Assembly (NCBI GenBank): GCA_964016885.1
Contig: OZ024742.1
Location: 25,668,001 to 25,732,000 of the forward strand
Origin: Eledone cirrhosa
Taxonomy: Eukaryota
Direction of reading: 5' to 3'
DNA: 64,000 bases
This document shows, in pieces, positions 25,513 through 38,157 of this stretch. A program made the position numbers and the translations under genes. The stretch's first letter is position 1; the number at the start of each line of letters is the position of its first letter. The notes under the pieces are model-generated. The model saw only the letters and a list, made by a program, of their open reading frames with translations. It was not told the origin of the DNA and ran no database searches.

Positions 25513-26458
25513 TTGACAAAACAATGCAGTTATTAATAAGAAGATATTAAATTAATGTATGTAAGATTTCACAGCTCTAACATCATTACTTCATAGTTAG
25601 CCTATGGTTTGTTCATCCCACTGTTATATAGTCATCTCTTCACATGATTATGTTTAAAACGTAAATCGGATTTCATCTTATCAATGATGAACACTCCAGA
25701 CGACCGTAATCCTCCTCTCAGTCAATCTAGTCTATTATGATATTAACTGTGTCATTCAAATGTGTCATAAGTGTTTTTCATTTATACAGAGACTGTCTGC
25801 CGTAAACAATGACTTCCTGACTTACATACGTATATCACATTCGCATTCATTAATATCACAAAGGCCTCCCCTAATCCAAAGTACTTAGTAAGAAAGGACT
25901 TACACATTAACGTATAGAATCAATCATTGTTAAGTTAGTGAATTCACAGATATATTATTAAATTCTTGCGCTTTTATTTCCGTATTTACCAATTTTGTTA
26001 TAATTAATGTAACTAAAATCTCGCACGGCTTCTATTCTATTTTCCTAGCAGAGAAGTATTGCTAATTCTATCTTAAATGCGGTTTATTACGTGTTTCTTA
26101 AATTTCTAAAGCTGACATTTAACAGAATTTATTAGTGAAGATGTTGAGCTTTGTAGAGACATTTTCTTTCTTATTGTCTTTAAGTGTTATATATAGAATA
26201 CGGTTTGACAAGGACCACCATTTGTCATATAATTTACGTATCGCTTACTATTATTCTCGTTTTGATGTTTATGGTCTCATCGAGTTTTGTGTAACCTTTT
26301 CCCTATATTTGTGTGATATTCATCATTAAGAAAACTGTTTCATACTCACTAAGAAAACAAGAACCTTATACAGGTGATCAGAATTTATTTCAAACCCACT
26401 ACGAGAAAAAAAAGTCACTCTTTCTAACTATCAAGACAATCTAAAGATATGCTAACAC

Positions 26459-26493
<35 letters not shown>

Positions 26494-26532
26494 ATATTAA
26501 CAAATGGAAACTATATTTATAAAACCATATAT

Positions 26533-26596
26533 ATTTTATTATACATATTTCAAGGGCCACCAAGGCAAATTATGGTGCGCTTTCATCAGATAAAAT
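26533..26596 (-). ncRNA. Type I hammerhead ribozyme (canonical core)
   Basis: ATTTTAT-CTGATGA-AAGCGCACCA...TGGTGGCCCTT-GAAA-TATGTA-TA-ATAAAAT with a 7-bp stem I. It lies within the fold-back 26487-26672. Confidence 0.78.
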
Positions 26597-26774
26597 GGTG
26601 GCTCTTGAAATATGTATAATAAAATAAATATGGTTTTATAAATATAGTTTCCATTTGTTAATATATTGTATATTTACTCCAATAAATTGTTGAGTGCTTT
26701 ATATCAGTTATAAAAATATTTTTAAGCTTGTATCCCAAAAAATTAAATATAACCTCTGCATATATATATATATA

Positions 26775-27725
26775 TATGAATAAAATTAGTCCTTCATCGG
26801 TGATATTCCAGCCTTCATCGCTTTAAAGACCATATACATCTGGTTGGTGCGAGCAACGGCTAAAGAAAATCGTTGGGACACGTAAATAGGGGAAACGAGT
26901 GAGACAGTAAACAATCAAAGATGGTAATGCAACGAAAAGTCTGGAAGAACTTATGTTCATCGATTTCAGGGAATTGACTCCTTCTTCCTCACTTTTCGTT
27001 GCATTGCCATCTTTGTGTGTTTACTGTCTCGCTCGTTCCCCCTATTTACGTGTCCCAACGACTTTCTTTAGCCGTTGCTCGCACAAACCAGGGGTATATG
27101 GTCTTTAAAGCGATGAAATACCAATAAAGGCTGGAAGATCACTGATGAAGGACTCATTTTATTCATATATAACCCATTTGCAACCACGATGCACGCCATT
27201 TTTTCATATATTTATATATTTTCCTTCGCTGTGACCCATCTGTTTCTTTCTTACTGCTTCCCCTTTCTCTGTATCTCTCACTTTCTGTTTACCCCCTCTG
27301 CCAGTCACTCCCTCTGCTAGCCTCTTCCTCACACTTTCACTCACTCACTCTCTGCTACTCCCTCTCCATCACTCCTCCCGTTTGACCTGTGCGAAATTCT
27401 TTCCTCACTCACATTTCAACCAGGTTGGATGGTCTTCATTCTCTCGTCTATGATTTCACAGAATTTATGTTCATCGATTTCAGGGACTTGACTCCTTCCT
27501 CCTCACTTTTCGTTGCATTACTATCTTTATTTGTTTACTGTCTCCCTCGTTCCCCCTATTTACGTGTCCCAACGACTTTCTTTAGCCGTTGCTCACACCA
27601 ACCAGAGGTATATGGTCTTTAAAGCGATGAAATACCAATGAAGGCTGGAAGATCACTGATGAAGGACTAATTTTATTCATATGTAACCCATTTGCAACTA
27701 CGCAGCACGCCATTTTTTCATATAT
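26775..27725. repeat. pLTR-like array (family D): direct repeats with a 514-bp period plus an inverted partial copy
   Basis: GTCTTTAAAG occurs at 27101 and 27615. 26775-26945 is the reverse complement of part of the unit. Confidence 0.75.
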
Positions 27726-27902
27726 ATATATAATAATTAGTTTATCGCTCTACAGGGCTGAATACAATAAATGTAACCTGAGTTTTTCGAATATTAATAA
27801 TAATATTCGAATCGTTTGCAATTATGCAAACGGCCTTTTAAAAACCATGGCAGGAGAATGACACGTCACTCTTGCTCTTTTGTTGGCATATTAAAAGAAC
27901 TC

Positions 27903-27945
27903 CATATACTAATGTTTCTGGGTGATTACCATTCATCAGTACAGT
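27903..27945 (-). ncRNA. Type I hammerhead ribozyme (partly decayed)
   Basis: ACTGTA-CTGATGA-ATGGTAATCACCCA-GAAA-CATTAG-TA-TATG. Confidence 0.55.
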
Positions 27946-28286
27946 ACACTGCTTACCTCTCAGATCTATTGAAAATATATGATATTTTCTAAAATATACA
28001 GTAACTGATCGGCCTGATTTGCATATTAGTAGACTGCTTCGTCAGTAAGATATGCATATTAGCAGACTCACTGATCAGCCAGATTTGCATATCATCAGAT
28101 AGTTCAGTTAGTTTCATGCATACGAGCGATTAATGGCCGTCTTAGCCGTATTCAAATAACAAACAAATAATTTATCGCTCCCCATGGCTGAATACAATAA
28201 ATGTAATCTGAGTTGTTCAAATATTAATAATAATATTCGATTCGTTTGCAATTATGCAAATAGCCTCTTTAAAGCCATGTCAGTAT

Positions 28287-28332
28287 ACTGTACTGATGAA
28301 GAGTAATGCCCAGAAACATTAATGTCTGCAGT
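28287..28332 (+). ncRNA. Type I hammerhead ribozyme
   Basis: ACTGTA-CTGATGA-AGAGTAATGCCCA-GAAA-CATTAATG-TC-TGCAGT. Stem I is 6 bp, stem III is palindromic, the site is GUC, and stem II is eroded. Confidence 0.7.
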
Positions 28333-28436
28333 TGTGTTTACATGGCAAATAAGAGCAACAATAAAGAGCCTGTTTGCATTATTGCAAAGGAATCGAAAAA
28401 AATTATTATCAGTATTCCAAAAACTTAGATTACATT

Positions 28437-28469
<33 letters not shown>

Positions 28470-28781
28470 AAGAGAACAAAGACTCAGTACTACATCACTT
28501 ACATATCTAATAACATATTACAGATTACATATGTTCCACTGCCGATCAACTCGAGGAACGATCGATTAATGTTCGATCCTGACTCTGGAATCGGAAGCTC
28601 CTAAGATATGTGTTCACAGGTGAACACCATATCTGATCGGCAGTGAAACATATGTAATAAGTAATTGAATATGTAAATGAGGCAATACTATTATTTGGTT
28701 CCCTTTTATTATTATTATTGATACTCTACTCCCCATGAGCATCGAGTGCTCGTCTTGGCATACCGCCTGCAGGTGCATATG

Positions 28782-28834
<53 letters not shown>

Positions 28835-28909
28835 TTGGCGTGGGATGCTTAAAGCGTCTGTAAGTGGTATGTTGTTTGAACACTCGATGCTCTTACAGAG
28901 CAGAGTATA

Positions 28910-29234
28910 ATATCACATGAGAAACGGAGAATCAGTGGTGTGACGAATAAGATGTATTAGACATATTACAATCGTTTCTCTGGCGAGCAGCTCGTGGTAA
29001 GATCGAGGCGATGATCGAACCCGACTCTGAAATCGAAAGCTTTTCAGACACGTTTCAATCCTTCAAAGCAGAGTTTCAAAAGGATTGAGACGTGTTTGAA
29101 GAACCTGTGATTTCAGAGTCAGGTTCGATCATCGCCTCAATCGTACCTCGAGCTGCTCGCCAGAAAAACGAATGTAATATGTCTAATAAATTCTAATTCG
29201 TCGCATCACTGATTCTCCGTTTCTTATGTGATAT
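28910..29234. repeat. ~325-bp imperfect palindrome (fold-back pLTR fragment)
   Basis: Arms 28910-29063 and 29080-29234 with a ~16-nt spacer. Related to 28460-28710. Confidence 0.8.
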
Positions 29235-29351
29235 ATATATATATATATATTTATTTATTTATTAAAATAACAGATTAAAGTTTAAGCAAAGAATCGCTGC
29301 TTTCACCCAGTCTTCGAATTTATTATTATTGCTATATATATATATATATAT

Positions 29352-29870
29352 AATCAACTAGAAATTGAGTGACATACATATATTTAAATAAACACATGAA
29401 ACAATCACAGGGGATAATTTGTAAAGTGTGTAATTACACATAGCTAGGTAGGTAACTAATTGAAGTTTAACTAGAGCTTCAAATATTTCCTTTTTAAAAA
29501 ATGATTAATCCTCCTTGTATATATTTCCTTAAAGAAATATATTTCACCGTTAATCCGTTAAGTCACAGTAATCAAATCTTGGATCTTCAGCAAGGGGGAA
29601 GATTTAACGATCTGTGCTTACACATCTAATGCAAATCTGCGAGTGAGCCATCGCACGTGTTGCATTTCTAAAACTACTAACAACATGCTAGTCTCACCAC
29701 ATTGGCGTGAATAGGGTGATAGACAGCTATAAATAGCAGCCAGGTCCTTTCAACTGAATAAGCTCTACAATAAAAGGAGCCGTTTATATATCTAATTAAC
29801 GGATTAACGGTGAAATATATTTCTTTAATGAAGGAGGATTAATCATTTTTTAAAAAGGTAATATTTGAAG
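29352..29870. mobile_element. Fold-back pLTR-like element (family C), second copy
   Basis: Homologous to 22001-22380. 29477-29561 is inverted at 29796-29870. Confidence 0.7.
29513..29595 (-). ncRNA. Type I hammerhead with long stem II (CUGAAGA core)
   Basis: CCTTG-CTGAAGA-[~55 nt]-GAAA-TATA-TA-CAAGG. Confidence 0.68.
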
Positions 29871-30868
29871 TTGAAGGTACCCATTTATATGCGTTCTATC
29901 GAAGCAAATAACTATGTGCCTACTCTGGGAGTTTATTTAACATTACCTATTGAGTACGTTAAGATGTAACCGTTCCTGGCAGTGAAACCCGTGCTAGTTC
30001 CGTCAACTTATTATTTTCTCCCAGCTAACAGATTAAGAGTGAGAGTAAGTTGAACAATTTTTCACATTTTTTTTATTGTGTTTTGTTTAATATACGCTCT
30101 ATTACGTGTTATATTTCACTCTCACTCACTTATTAAATGGTACAAGTTGTGAAATTGACCGGTTTACGCACGTGGTTGGTTGAAATATCTAGTATTCTAA
30201 CTCTATATCGCTGTCTATTCGCCGGTTGGCATTTAATATCCGGAAAGGTTTTGGGCACTACCATTGTTACTGTCACAATATTTCTCGCCACGAGACTTGG
30301 AGATTGGAGTCGAATGCTACCATTCTATTGTACAGCGATTGGAGACTGAATTTTTCTAATAACCAATTTGTCACTCAGTTGTTAATTTGTGTCTGAGATA
30401 CGTTGGCTGAGTGATTATGGCCGGAGCGGAACTACTTGAATTTCGTCTCCTGCCATCACGTAAGTTTCTGAATCGGTAGCCAATCGGTGGACTGCACTGT
30501 TATGACGCGTAGAGATATCAGTTGCTAACGTTTTACTGTGTTGGCCGTACATACAGTCATAGTCGACACGGACTGGAATCGAATTCTGTCGATCAATTGG
30601 TTATTAATTAAGCGAAACCTGCTGATGAAGCCACATGCAGCGATTATGTATTATTGCATAATATATGCGGACAGTGGGTGCTGTGCACTCTATTGGTGCA
30701 TTAAGTCTGTCCAAAACTTGGAGTACGGGCATAATTGAAGGTACCCATTTACCTGCGTTGTATTGAAGCAAATAACTGTGTCGGCTCTGGGAGTCTATTT
30801 AACATTACCTATTGAGTACGCGGAAATGCAACCGGTCCTGGCAGTGAAACCCATGCTAGTTCCGCCAA

Positions 30869-30873
<5 letters not shown>
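29871..30873 (+). repeat. Non-coding unit bounded by ~140-bp direct repeats (864-bp period) with a decayed HHR
   Basis: TTGAAGGTACCCATTTA...GCTAGTTCCG.CAACTTAT at 29871-30011 and 30735-30873. CCTG-CTGATGA...AAAA-CTTGGAG-TA-CGGG at 30618-30729. Confidence 0.6.
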
Positions 30874-30924
<51 letters not shown>

Positions 30925-31329
30925 TATATTTATTTAAGTTTGTTTCTTATTCGAATCGCCCAGATCCCATGCCTTACCCAGTAAGGTGGAACTGGTCAGG
31001 ACTAACAGGACGGACTAAGTAAACATCGTATCATTCTAATATTATTTGAGTGTGTTATTAAACTAATTCTTTTTGTATATACACACACTTGTATCTGTCT
31101 GGTGAGTGTGTGATTACGTTGTGTAGTTTTTATTTTCGCGTGTAACGGACGTTAGGTAGAGTGTGTGATGACTGGAGTTTACAATATTTCCAGATCTTTT
31201 TAAAATAGATGTTAATGGAATGAAGTAAATACAACACAATAGGAGAAAACCGACTGATTTAAGAAACATTGGGGCCATTTTAAATTTCAAATGTCTTCCT
31301 CCCAACTCAAATGATGATAATAATAGTCT

Positions 31330-31975
31330 ACTTCTTCCTGAGAGGGTCGCGGAGCCAGAGTCCTCAAACATTCCTTCCAGCGGGTTCAGTTACAAGTAAC
31401 CGTCTCCGATTGATGCGGCTGGATACCCGAGCAGGACCAGCCAAGCTCATGGATGTTAACCAACCACATTGCACGTGGTCTCCCCCGAGTCCTCTGTCGG
31501 TTAGTTTTACTCGTAAAATCCGTCTAGTGATTCTTTCTTGAGATATTCTAACCACATACCCATAATATCGGAGCTGTGATCTCTCAATTCGGAGATGTAG
31601 CAGGTCTACCTGGAGTGACACTCTGATCTCCGAACTACGCATTCTATCGGGTAACGTTACTCCGAAGACCATTCGGAGGAACCCCATTTCGGCCGCTTGT
31701 ATTCACGATCGCATTGTTTCTGTCATTACCCAAGATTCATGACCATAGATAGGTTTTGGCACGATACCGAACTGAAAAAGCGAGTTTGGCTTTTAAGCCT
31801 ACTTCCCTTCTTATGATTACTAAATACTGAAGGAGGCATATTACTGCATCAGCTCCTGCAATTCTTGGACTTAATTCAGCCTCTTATCTTTCACCACCCG
31901 TAAATACGATCCCGAGATACTTGAACTTCTGCACCTGCTTCAGTGGAACTTCCTTCACATGTAGAATGCACTGCG
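31330..31975 (-). mobile_element. RTE-clade LINE 3' fragment
   Basis: VQKFKYLG; MGFLRMVFGVTLPDRMRSSEIRVSLQV..LRIERSQLRYYGYVVR. Short-repeat 3' tail near 31310-31335. Confidence 0.75.
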
Positions 31976-33637
31976 AAAACTGAGAGAATGAAAATCAGTG
32001 CTCCGAAAACTGAGACACTCCATAATAATAAATAATCACCTTGAATAATAGTTGGGGAAATCGGGTGAAGAGCACAAGGAGTCGGAAGAAATTAAACGTA
32101 TTGTTTAAGGACTGACATTTAGCTGTTATTATCAAGTAAAGGTGTGTAAATAACAGGTAAATGTTAATAATCTTTTCTTTTATAAAGCTATACACTTTCC
32201 TAAAGACTTACGACAACAATGTTTATGATAATTCAACAATATTTGGTGTTAATTCTATATAATGTGTCAAATCTCAAAGGCAAATTTAAGCTGAAAATAT
32301 AATTAAAATTCGTTTAGCTGATTGTTTATATCGTCTCTGATATAAAACTCATATATATGTCCTAATAAAAGATAACTAATTGAATTAACACTACGCTATT
32401 GAATACAACATTGATATATATGATAAGATCTCTGTTTATGAGAAGAGTTTGAATGTTACATTTCACGTCTATAAGCACGGTTGGATTTAGACCTTAGGAG
32501 TTCCGGGGCACTTCAAGTTTGCAGGAACCCTCATATACAAAACATAGAAAACACAGCAAACGTCCGACCCGCCACACAATTTTACATATCAAAGTTAGAT
32601 TGGCGCAAGCAATTGGAATTTAAAAGTTATATATAGAGGTATTAAATTCAAAATTCCTAGCCATCCTAAAAACTAAAAAGCTGTGGGCGCAAATAAATTG
32701 CTACGGCCGTTGCTGTCAATAAGGCATTAGGATGTTAATTATGTGCAACGATTAAGAAGTTTCTAATATGGGCGTTGACTCCGTATTATTTGAAGTAACG
32801 GCGATAAATATAGAGAAGGAAGGGTATTGCAGAAATAACTTCGGTGTAGTGTTGACCGGAGTCAGTTGGAGCCACATCAGCATACACTCCACCAAAGCGA
32901 TACAATAGTTACGAATTTGGGGGTTAGAAAACTCATAGACTACCTCAGCAAAAGGTTTTAATTCCAGACATAATTGTTTCATCTATTTATTCTGATTATA
33001 ATAATTACTATACTCCGCTACTGTTGAGACATTTTATATCAGGCGTCCATCATTTCCAACCACTCATATGATTTACGTCTACTGCTAAGCATGTGACAAA
33101 TATGACAGTAGTTTGATCATATTGATTGCGAAGATGGAGCCCTGACGTTGCGTAATCTCTACATATATTATATAACTTGTCAATAACAGTTTTAACTATC
33201 AAGACAAGAGTGTAATAGAGAAACTATCGCAAGTCCGGGTTTATAAGATATACAACTATTATAACAAGCGTGCTGCCTTTTCCATACTAAAAATGTGGTG
33301 TGGGCGCTCAGAGTTAACATTTTGTACTGATTACCGATTACTATTTTGTACTGATATTACCAATTGTGGTAATATGTATGTTTTCTTTCTCATATGAGAC
33401 AGCGGTCTCAGCAATTATAATTGGATTTACTAATTATAATGTAAATATAATTGCGTTTGTTTTCAAAATTATTTTTGCTTACTATACTTTGTTTTATTAA
33501 ATATATATATATATATATCATTATACGTAAATAGTACTGTGTAAATAAAACGCGGAAAATTTAGATTTTCGCCCTTAATGTTAATTGAGATTTTATGGTA
33601 TTATTGGATCGAGATGATATATTTCGATCTACATTTT

Positions 33638-33726
<89 letters not shown>

Positions 33727-33859
33727 GAAAATAAGACCTAAGTCTGATGATTATATCATATTTTAATTAATGCATGTTTCTTCTATCCCATAGGACATAT
33801 ACTTAATTAATAGCTAATCAACATTACGAGCAGATGATTGGATTCATCAGAACTGATAA

Positions 33860-35596
33860 CACCGTGTAACATATTTTTTGTTCCCCAGTTCTAAGTGCCA
33901 TTTCATGGTTTGTTATATCCCATTATTATAAAAAAAACACTATTATTTAATCAGAAGTTTGGGTTTGTGGTCAGGAGTTTGATATTTCGAAAGTTTCATA
34001 TTTTTCAAGAAAAAACACATTTTCTTTAAATTTATCAGTTCATATAATTAAATCAACAGAGTATATATTTATTTTATTTCACAAGCTTATCAAAGGCAAA
34101 CAAGTAAAAGCAAATAACACTTATAAAGCAACTTATACACGTCAGAAATGACTGGATTTCCTGGATTTGCGGTTTTAGTCCAGGTCGCATTCCCGCACTA
34201 GCCCCCAGACATAGTCCCCCATCATTTTTCATTGTAGTGGCCCTAGTACCTCCGCTCTATCTGTTTCACATCGTGGTAGAATTGTTCGCTTTGGTCTTCT
34301 GAGTAGACGCCCATATTGTTGTTGGATTTTTCCAGGTGAGCATCCAGCATATGGAGTTTAAGCGACATCCTTCATCCCATGGCGCCAAAAGTCTTTATTA
34401 GGTCCCGCACCAGTTGCTGGTAGTTTTTAGCTCTGTAGTTGCCCAGGAAGCCCTTAGCAACTGCCTTGAAATGTTCCATGCTGTTCTCTCAATCCTATTG
34501 AGCTTATTGGAGAACTCGGTAGACTCAAACACCTTCTTTATCTGAGGTCCAACAAAAATTCCACCTTTGATTTTGGCATCAGATAATATAGGGAAGAACT
34601 CAAGAAGATACTTAAAAGCGGCTGATTCTTGGTTGAGAGCCTGCACAAACTGCTTCATCAACCCCAACTTAATGTGTAGTGGGGGCATGAGCACATTCCT
34701 GGGATCAGCCAGTGGCTCCCACATGACGTTCCGTGTCCCAACTACAAATTCTGTTCGCTGCTCCCAGTTCTTTCTTTTGTAGTGGTCAGAGGTGGCTCTG
34801 CTGTCCCAAAGGCAGAGGAAGCATTGGAATTTGATAAAGCCTCCTTCGAGTCCAAGAGGAAAGGCACCATCTTGAAGTTTCCAATGATTTCCCAATTGTA
34901 CTGGTTGTATTGCAGAGCTTCCAAGAGGACTTTCACACTGTAGTAATCTTCCTTCAGGCAGACTGAATGAGCTAGGGGCAGTGTCGGGAACTTGGTTCCA
35001 TTGGGGAGAAGGACAGCCTTCAAACTTGTGGTGGAGCTGTCTATAAATAGCCGCTACTCCTTGGGCACAAACGGCACCCAATAACGTCAAACAGTCCAGG
35101 CACGTCATGGCAGAAGCAGAGGCCATCCCTAAGAGTGTAAAAGCCTGAGAAAAGGTTCGTGTCGACTTCTCTGACTTGTCACCTGCACTTCCTCCTTGAC
35201 CAAGTTCCACTGCTTCATCCTGGAGACGAATGCTTAAAACACAACTTACCCTTTATTCAGGGTGTGAAAATCCAGTATCAATAAATCTCTTTAATCCACT
35301 TTTTAACAATTTTATACTTTATTGCACTTTTATAATTTTCTTTAGGTATTACTCTTTATTTTATGATTTTAATTTAACCTGAAACATATATAAAAAAATC
35401 ATTTAACAAAAGCAAATTAAACTTACATAGAACGTAAAATCCAGCATACAAATAATTCTAGTGAATAGCTTAGAAATTTTACATAACCAAACTTTGAACT
35501 GTTTCATAGCACTTTTTTTATTTATTTGGGACCTAAGCAACACAAAAAAAGTGATTACAAGCCAGGAACAGAGAAAAAAATGTTTGTTACACGGTG
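33860..35596 (-). mobile_element. Chapaev3-like (CMC) DNA transposon, internally deleted
   Basis: Termini CACCGTGTAAC...GTTACACGGTG with a 3-bp TAA TSD. Transposase motifs CFLCLWDSRA, PPLHIKLGLMKQFV, AKIKGGIFVGPQI and MSLKLHML..H. Confidence 0.88.
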
Positions 35597-36130
35597 TAAT
35601 TTCATATATATATCTATATATATAAAGGGAAGATGGACATTGTTTAGTGTACCGAACTTGCCTGCTACACCGTTCATCCAATTTTCATGAAACCTCACAC
35701 ATATATAAAACTCAACGCGTAGAGTGGAATAGGCTACTTGAAATTTTCGAAAAATCGATAATCGGGCCCTATGACAGAATGTTTTTCGATTCCAATGAAA
35801 TTTTATATGAATTCGAACACAAGAACTCTTAGTTTACATCTGGTGCAATAAAAATAAATTTCATATGCCCATATAAGGACGTGCGTTATTGATTGGACGG
35901 CCAGCTGCATGTCTTCCCAGCTGTCTCAGTAAACGACCAACCATTAAAGAGTTTCTTTTCATATTCCACCTTATTCAAGTGGAAATACAGTATTATCCCT
36001 ATCTGAAAAGGGAACCAAATTTAATCGTGTCTTTTGTGAACATAAAAGCTGTGAGTAGATTTTCAAACAGTCTTAAATAATCATGCTTTTTGAAAAAAAA
36101 TTTACTAAATTGACCAAGTTGTGTTGTACA

Positions 36131-37231
36131 TCTATATATATAAAACTGAGGTTGTCTGTCTGTCTATCGATTTTTGGCACACATCTCCTCTTAGAATCTC
36201 TCACGGAATTGCACCGAAATTGCTATACTTGTACATTGAGCCCTAGCGAAGACATCGGAAAAAAATATTTCAAATTGACCCGCCCTATCTGACGAAATCG
36301 AATATAATGTATCAATTTTTGAGCGTAAGTGATCAGTTATTTCCCTTTGTTCTGTTTACATTGAGCGTCTGCGTGAAAAAATTAAAAAAATTACGCTGGC
36401 TTTCTCAGCGTTTAAAATGACATTAACACAATACTAAGCTTCCGTTTTGCTTCATTTCCATTTAAAAGCCTTTTAAAACAATATTTTTACTTGAAAACAA
36501 GTCTATTTAAAGACTACGTAAAACAAGCAAATATTTCGTAAAACAAAGCAAAAATTATATAAGTTTATTTAAAATATATGTATCTGTAAATTTCGTTAGG
36601 CGTGCAGACAGACAGTCGTGCAGACAGACAGTCGTGCAGAGAGGTGATATACGCGTGCAGACAGATAGTCGTGCAGAGAGGTGATATAGGCGTGCAGACA
36701 GACAGTCGTGCAGAGAGGTGATATAGGCGTGCAGACAGACAGTCGTGCAGAGAGGTGATATAGGCGTGCAGACAGACAGTCGTGCAGAGAGGTGATATAG
36801 GCGTGCAGACAGACAGTCGTGCAGAGAGATGATATACGCGTGCAGACAGATAGTCGTGCAGAGAGGTGATATAGGCGTGCAGACAGACAGTCGTGCAGAG
36901 AGGTGATATAGGCGTGCAGACAGACCTAACTGATAATTTGGTTACGCTAATGTTTTTCTCTGCGTTGCAGTGTTTACATTTTCGATCTTTGTTAATAAAT
37001 AACCAGTGCAGTTTCTATCCCCAGCATCCTCTTTTGTTATAACATTCGGGTTATCGTTATGTTTTCTTAACTTCATAAGGCATATTGTTGGTTGAGGGAA
37101 TATTAATCAAAAACACCACATGCAAGTCTGCACAGTAGACAGTACAGTTTTTAAGCCAAGAAAGAAACTTAACATTGTAACTTTAACACAGCTACTGAGC
37201 GACCCCGAGCAACGCCGGGCTTTACTGCTAG
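36131..37231 (+). mobile_element. Non-autonomous Helitron nested in the outer Helitron
   Basis: A|TCTATATATATAAAA ... CCCGAGCAACGCCGGG ... CTAG|T. Inserted between A and T with no TSD. Confidence 0.85.
36600..36925 (+). repeat. 37-bp minisatellite inside the inner Helitron
   Basis: CGTGCAGACAGACAGTCGTGCAGAGAGGTGATATAGG repeated ~8.5 times (for example at 36691 and 36728). Confidence 0.95.
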
Positions 37232-38157
37232 TATACAATACAAGTAAAAACATTTACGTCGTACCAATGTTTTCCTTTTTTAAACAAAAGATTCTAAAAA
37301 TTACTTAATTTATAATACAGACTTTTGCACAGGAAGTGAGTAACTTTTCGGGTGTTTAAACGTAAGTTCACCAGGGTTTGTGTCTTCATTATTAGCCCAC
37401 CTCTAATGGCATTTTTTGTTCTGTTTACGACTAAATGTTATGAGCGTATTTGCAATTAATTGCGCACACGTGCACACCTGCATGCATATAGACACTGACA
37501 GTCAATACAAAATCGATAACTTGCTTATTAAGATATCGGTCAAAAAGAGAGATTGAATGTACTTTAGAACATTTTTTGAATATATTGTTCTTTTTTGGCA
37601 TGATATGTCAGAAATATAGCTACTATACACTTTGGTTATTTTTTGTAACTAAAAAACGGTTCCTTTTGGGTGGATACTTAACGAGAAAAATCCTAGGGTT
37701 TTGGACAAGTTTGTTTCAGGCGCTGTATAGACGCCTATTTTGTCACACCTTGGTCATGAATTCGTATTCTTTTCCAATAGATATTTTCCGCTCTATAAGG
37801 CTCACCAGGATATAAGGCGTATCATTTAAAGTCAGGTCCGCGCAACGGCGTGTAAGGCCAACCAGAAAATGCTATCTTCTTTACTTTTAGTCTAGATCTA
37901 TTACTTCTGTTAGAGCCGTGATTGATTACCATTGTATTATTTATACATCAGGCTCACCGGAGTATAAAGCGCAGAGCTGTTTTTTGATTAAATTTAATTA
38001 TTTTAAGTGCAATTTATAGACGGGAAAATTCGGTAAGTTATTGTAATCATATTTCCAAACCTTCCCATTCACCAGTAACCATGCTAACGAATCTGGTGTC
38101 ATCTTTCTCTGTATTTAATCACCTCTCTCTAACCTAACAGCTTCGTTACACGTCGTT

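Noticed and set aside
32752-32982. Possible host exon or LINE RT remnant (FGVVLTGVSWSHI..KA on +)
   Set aside because: Only a weak resemblance to a LINE RT C-terminus, with stops and no supporting gene structure. Not called.
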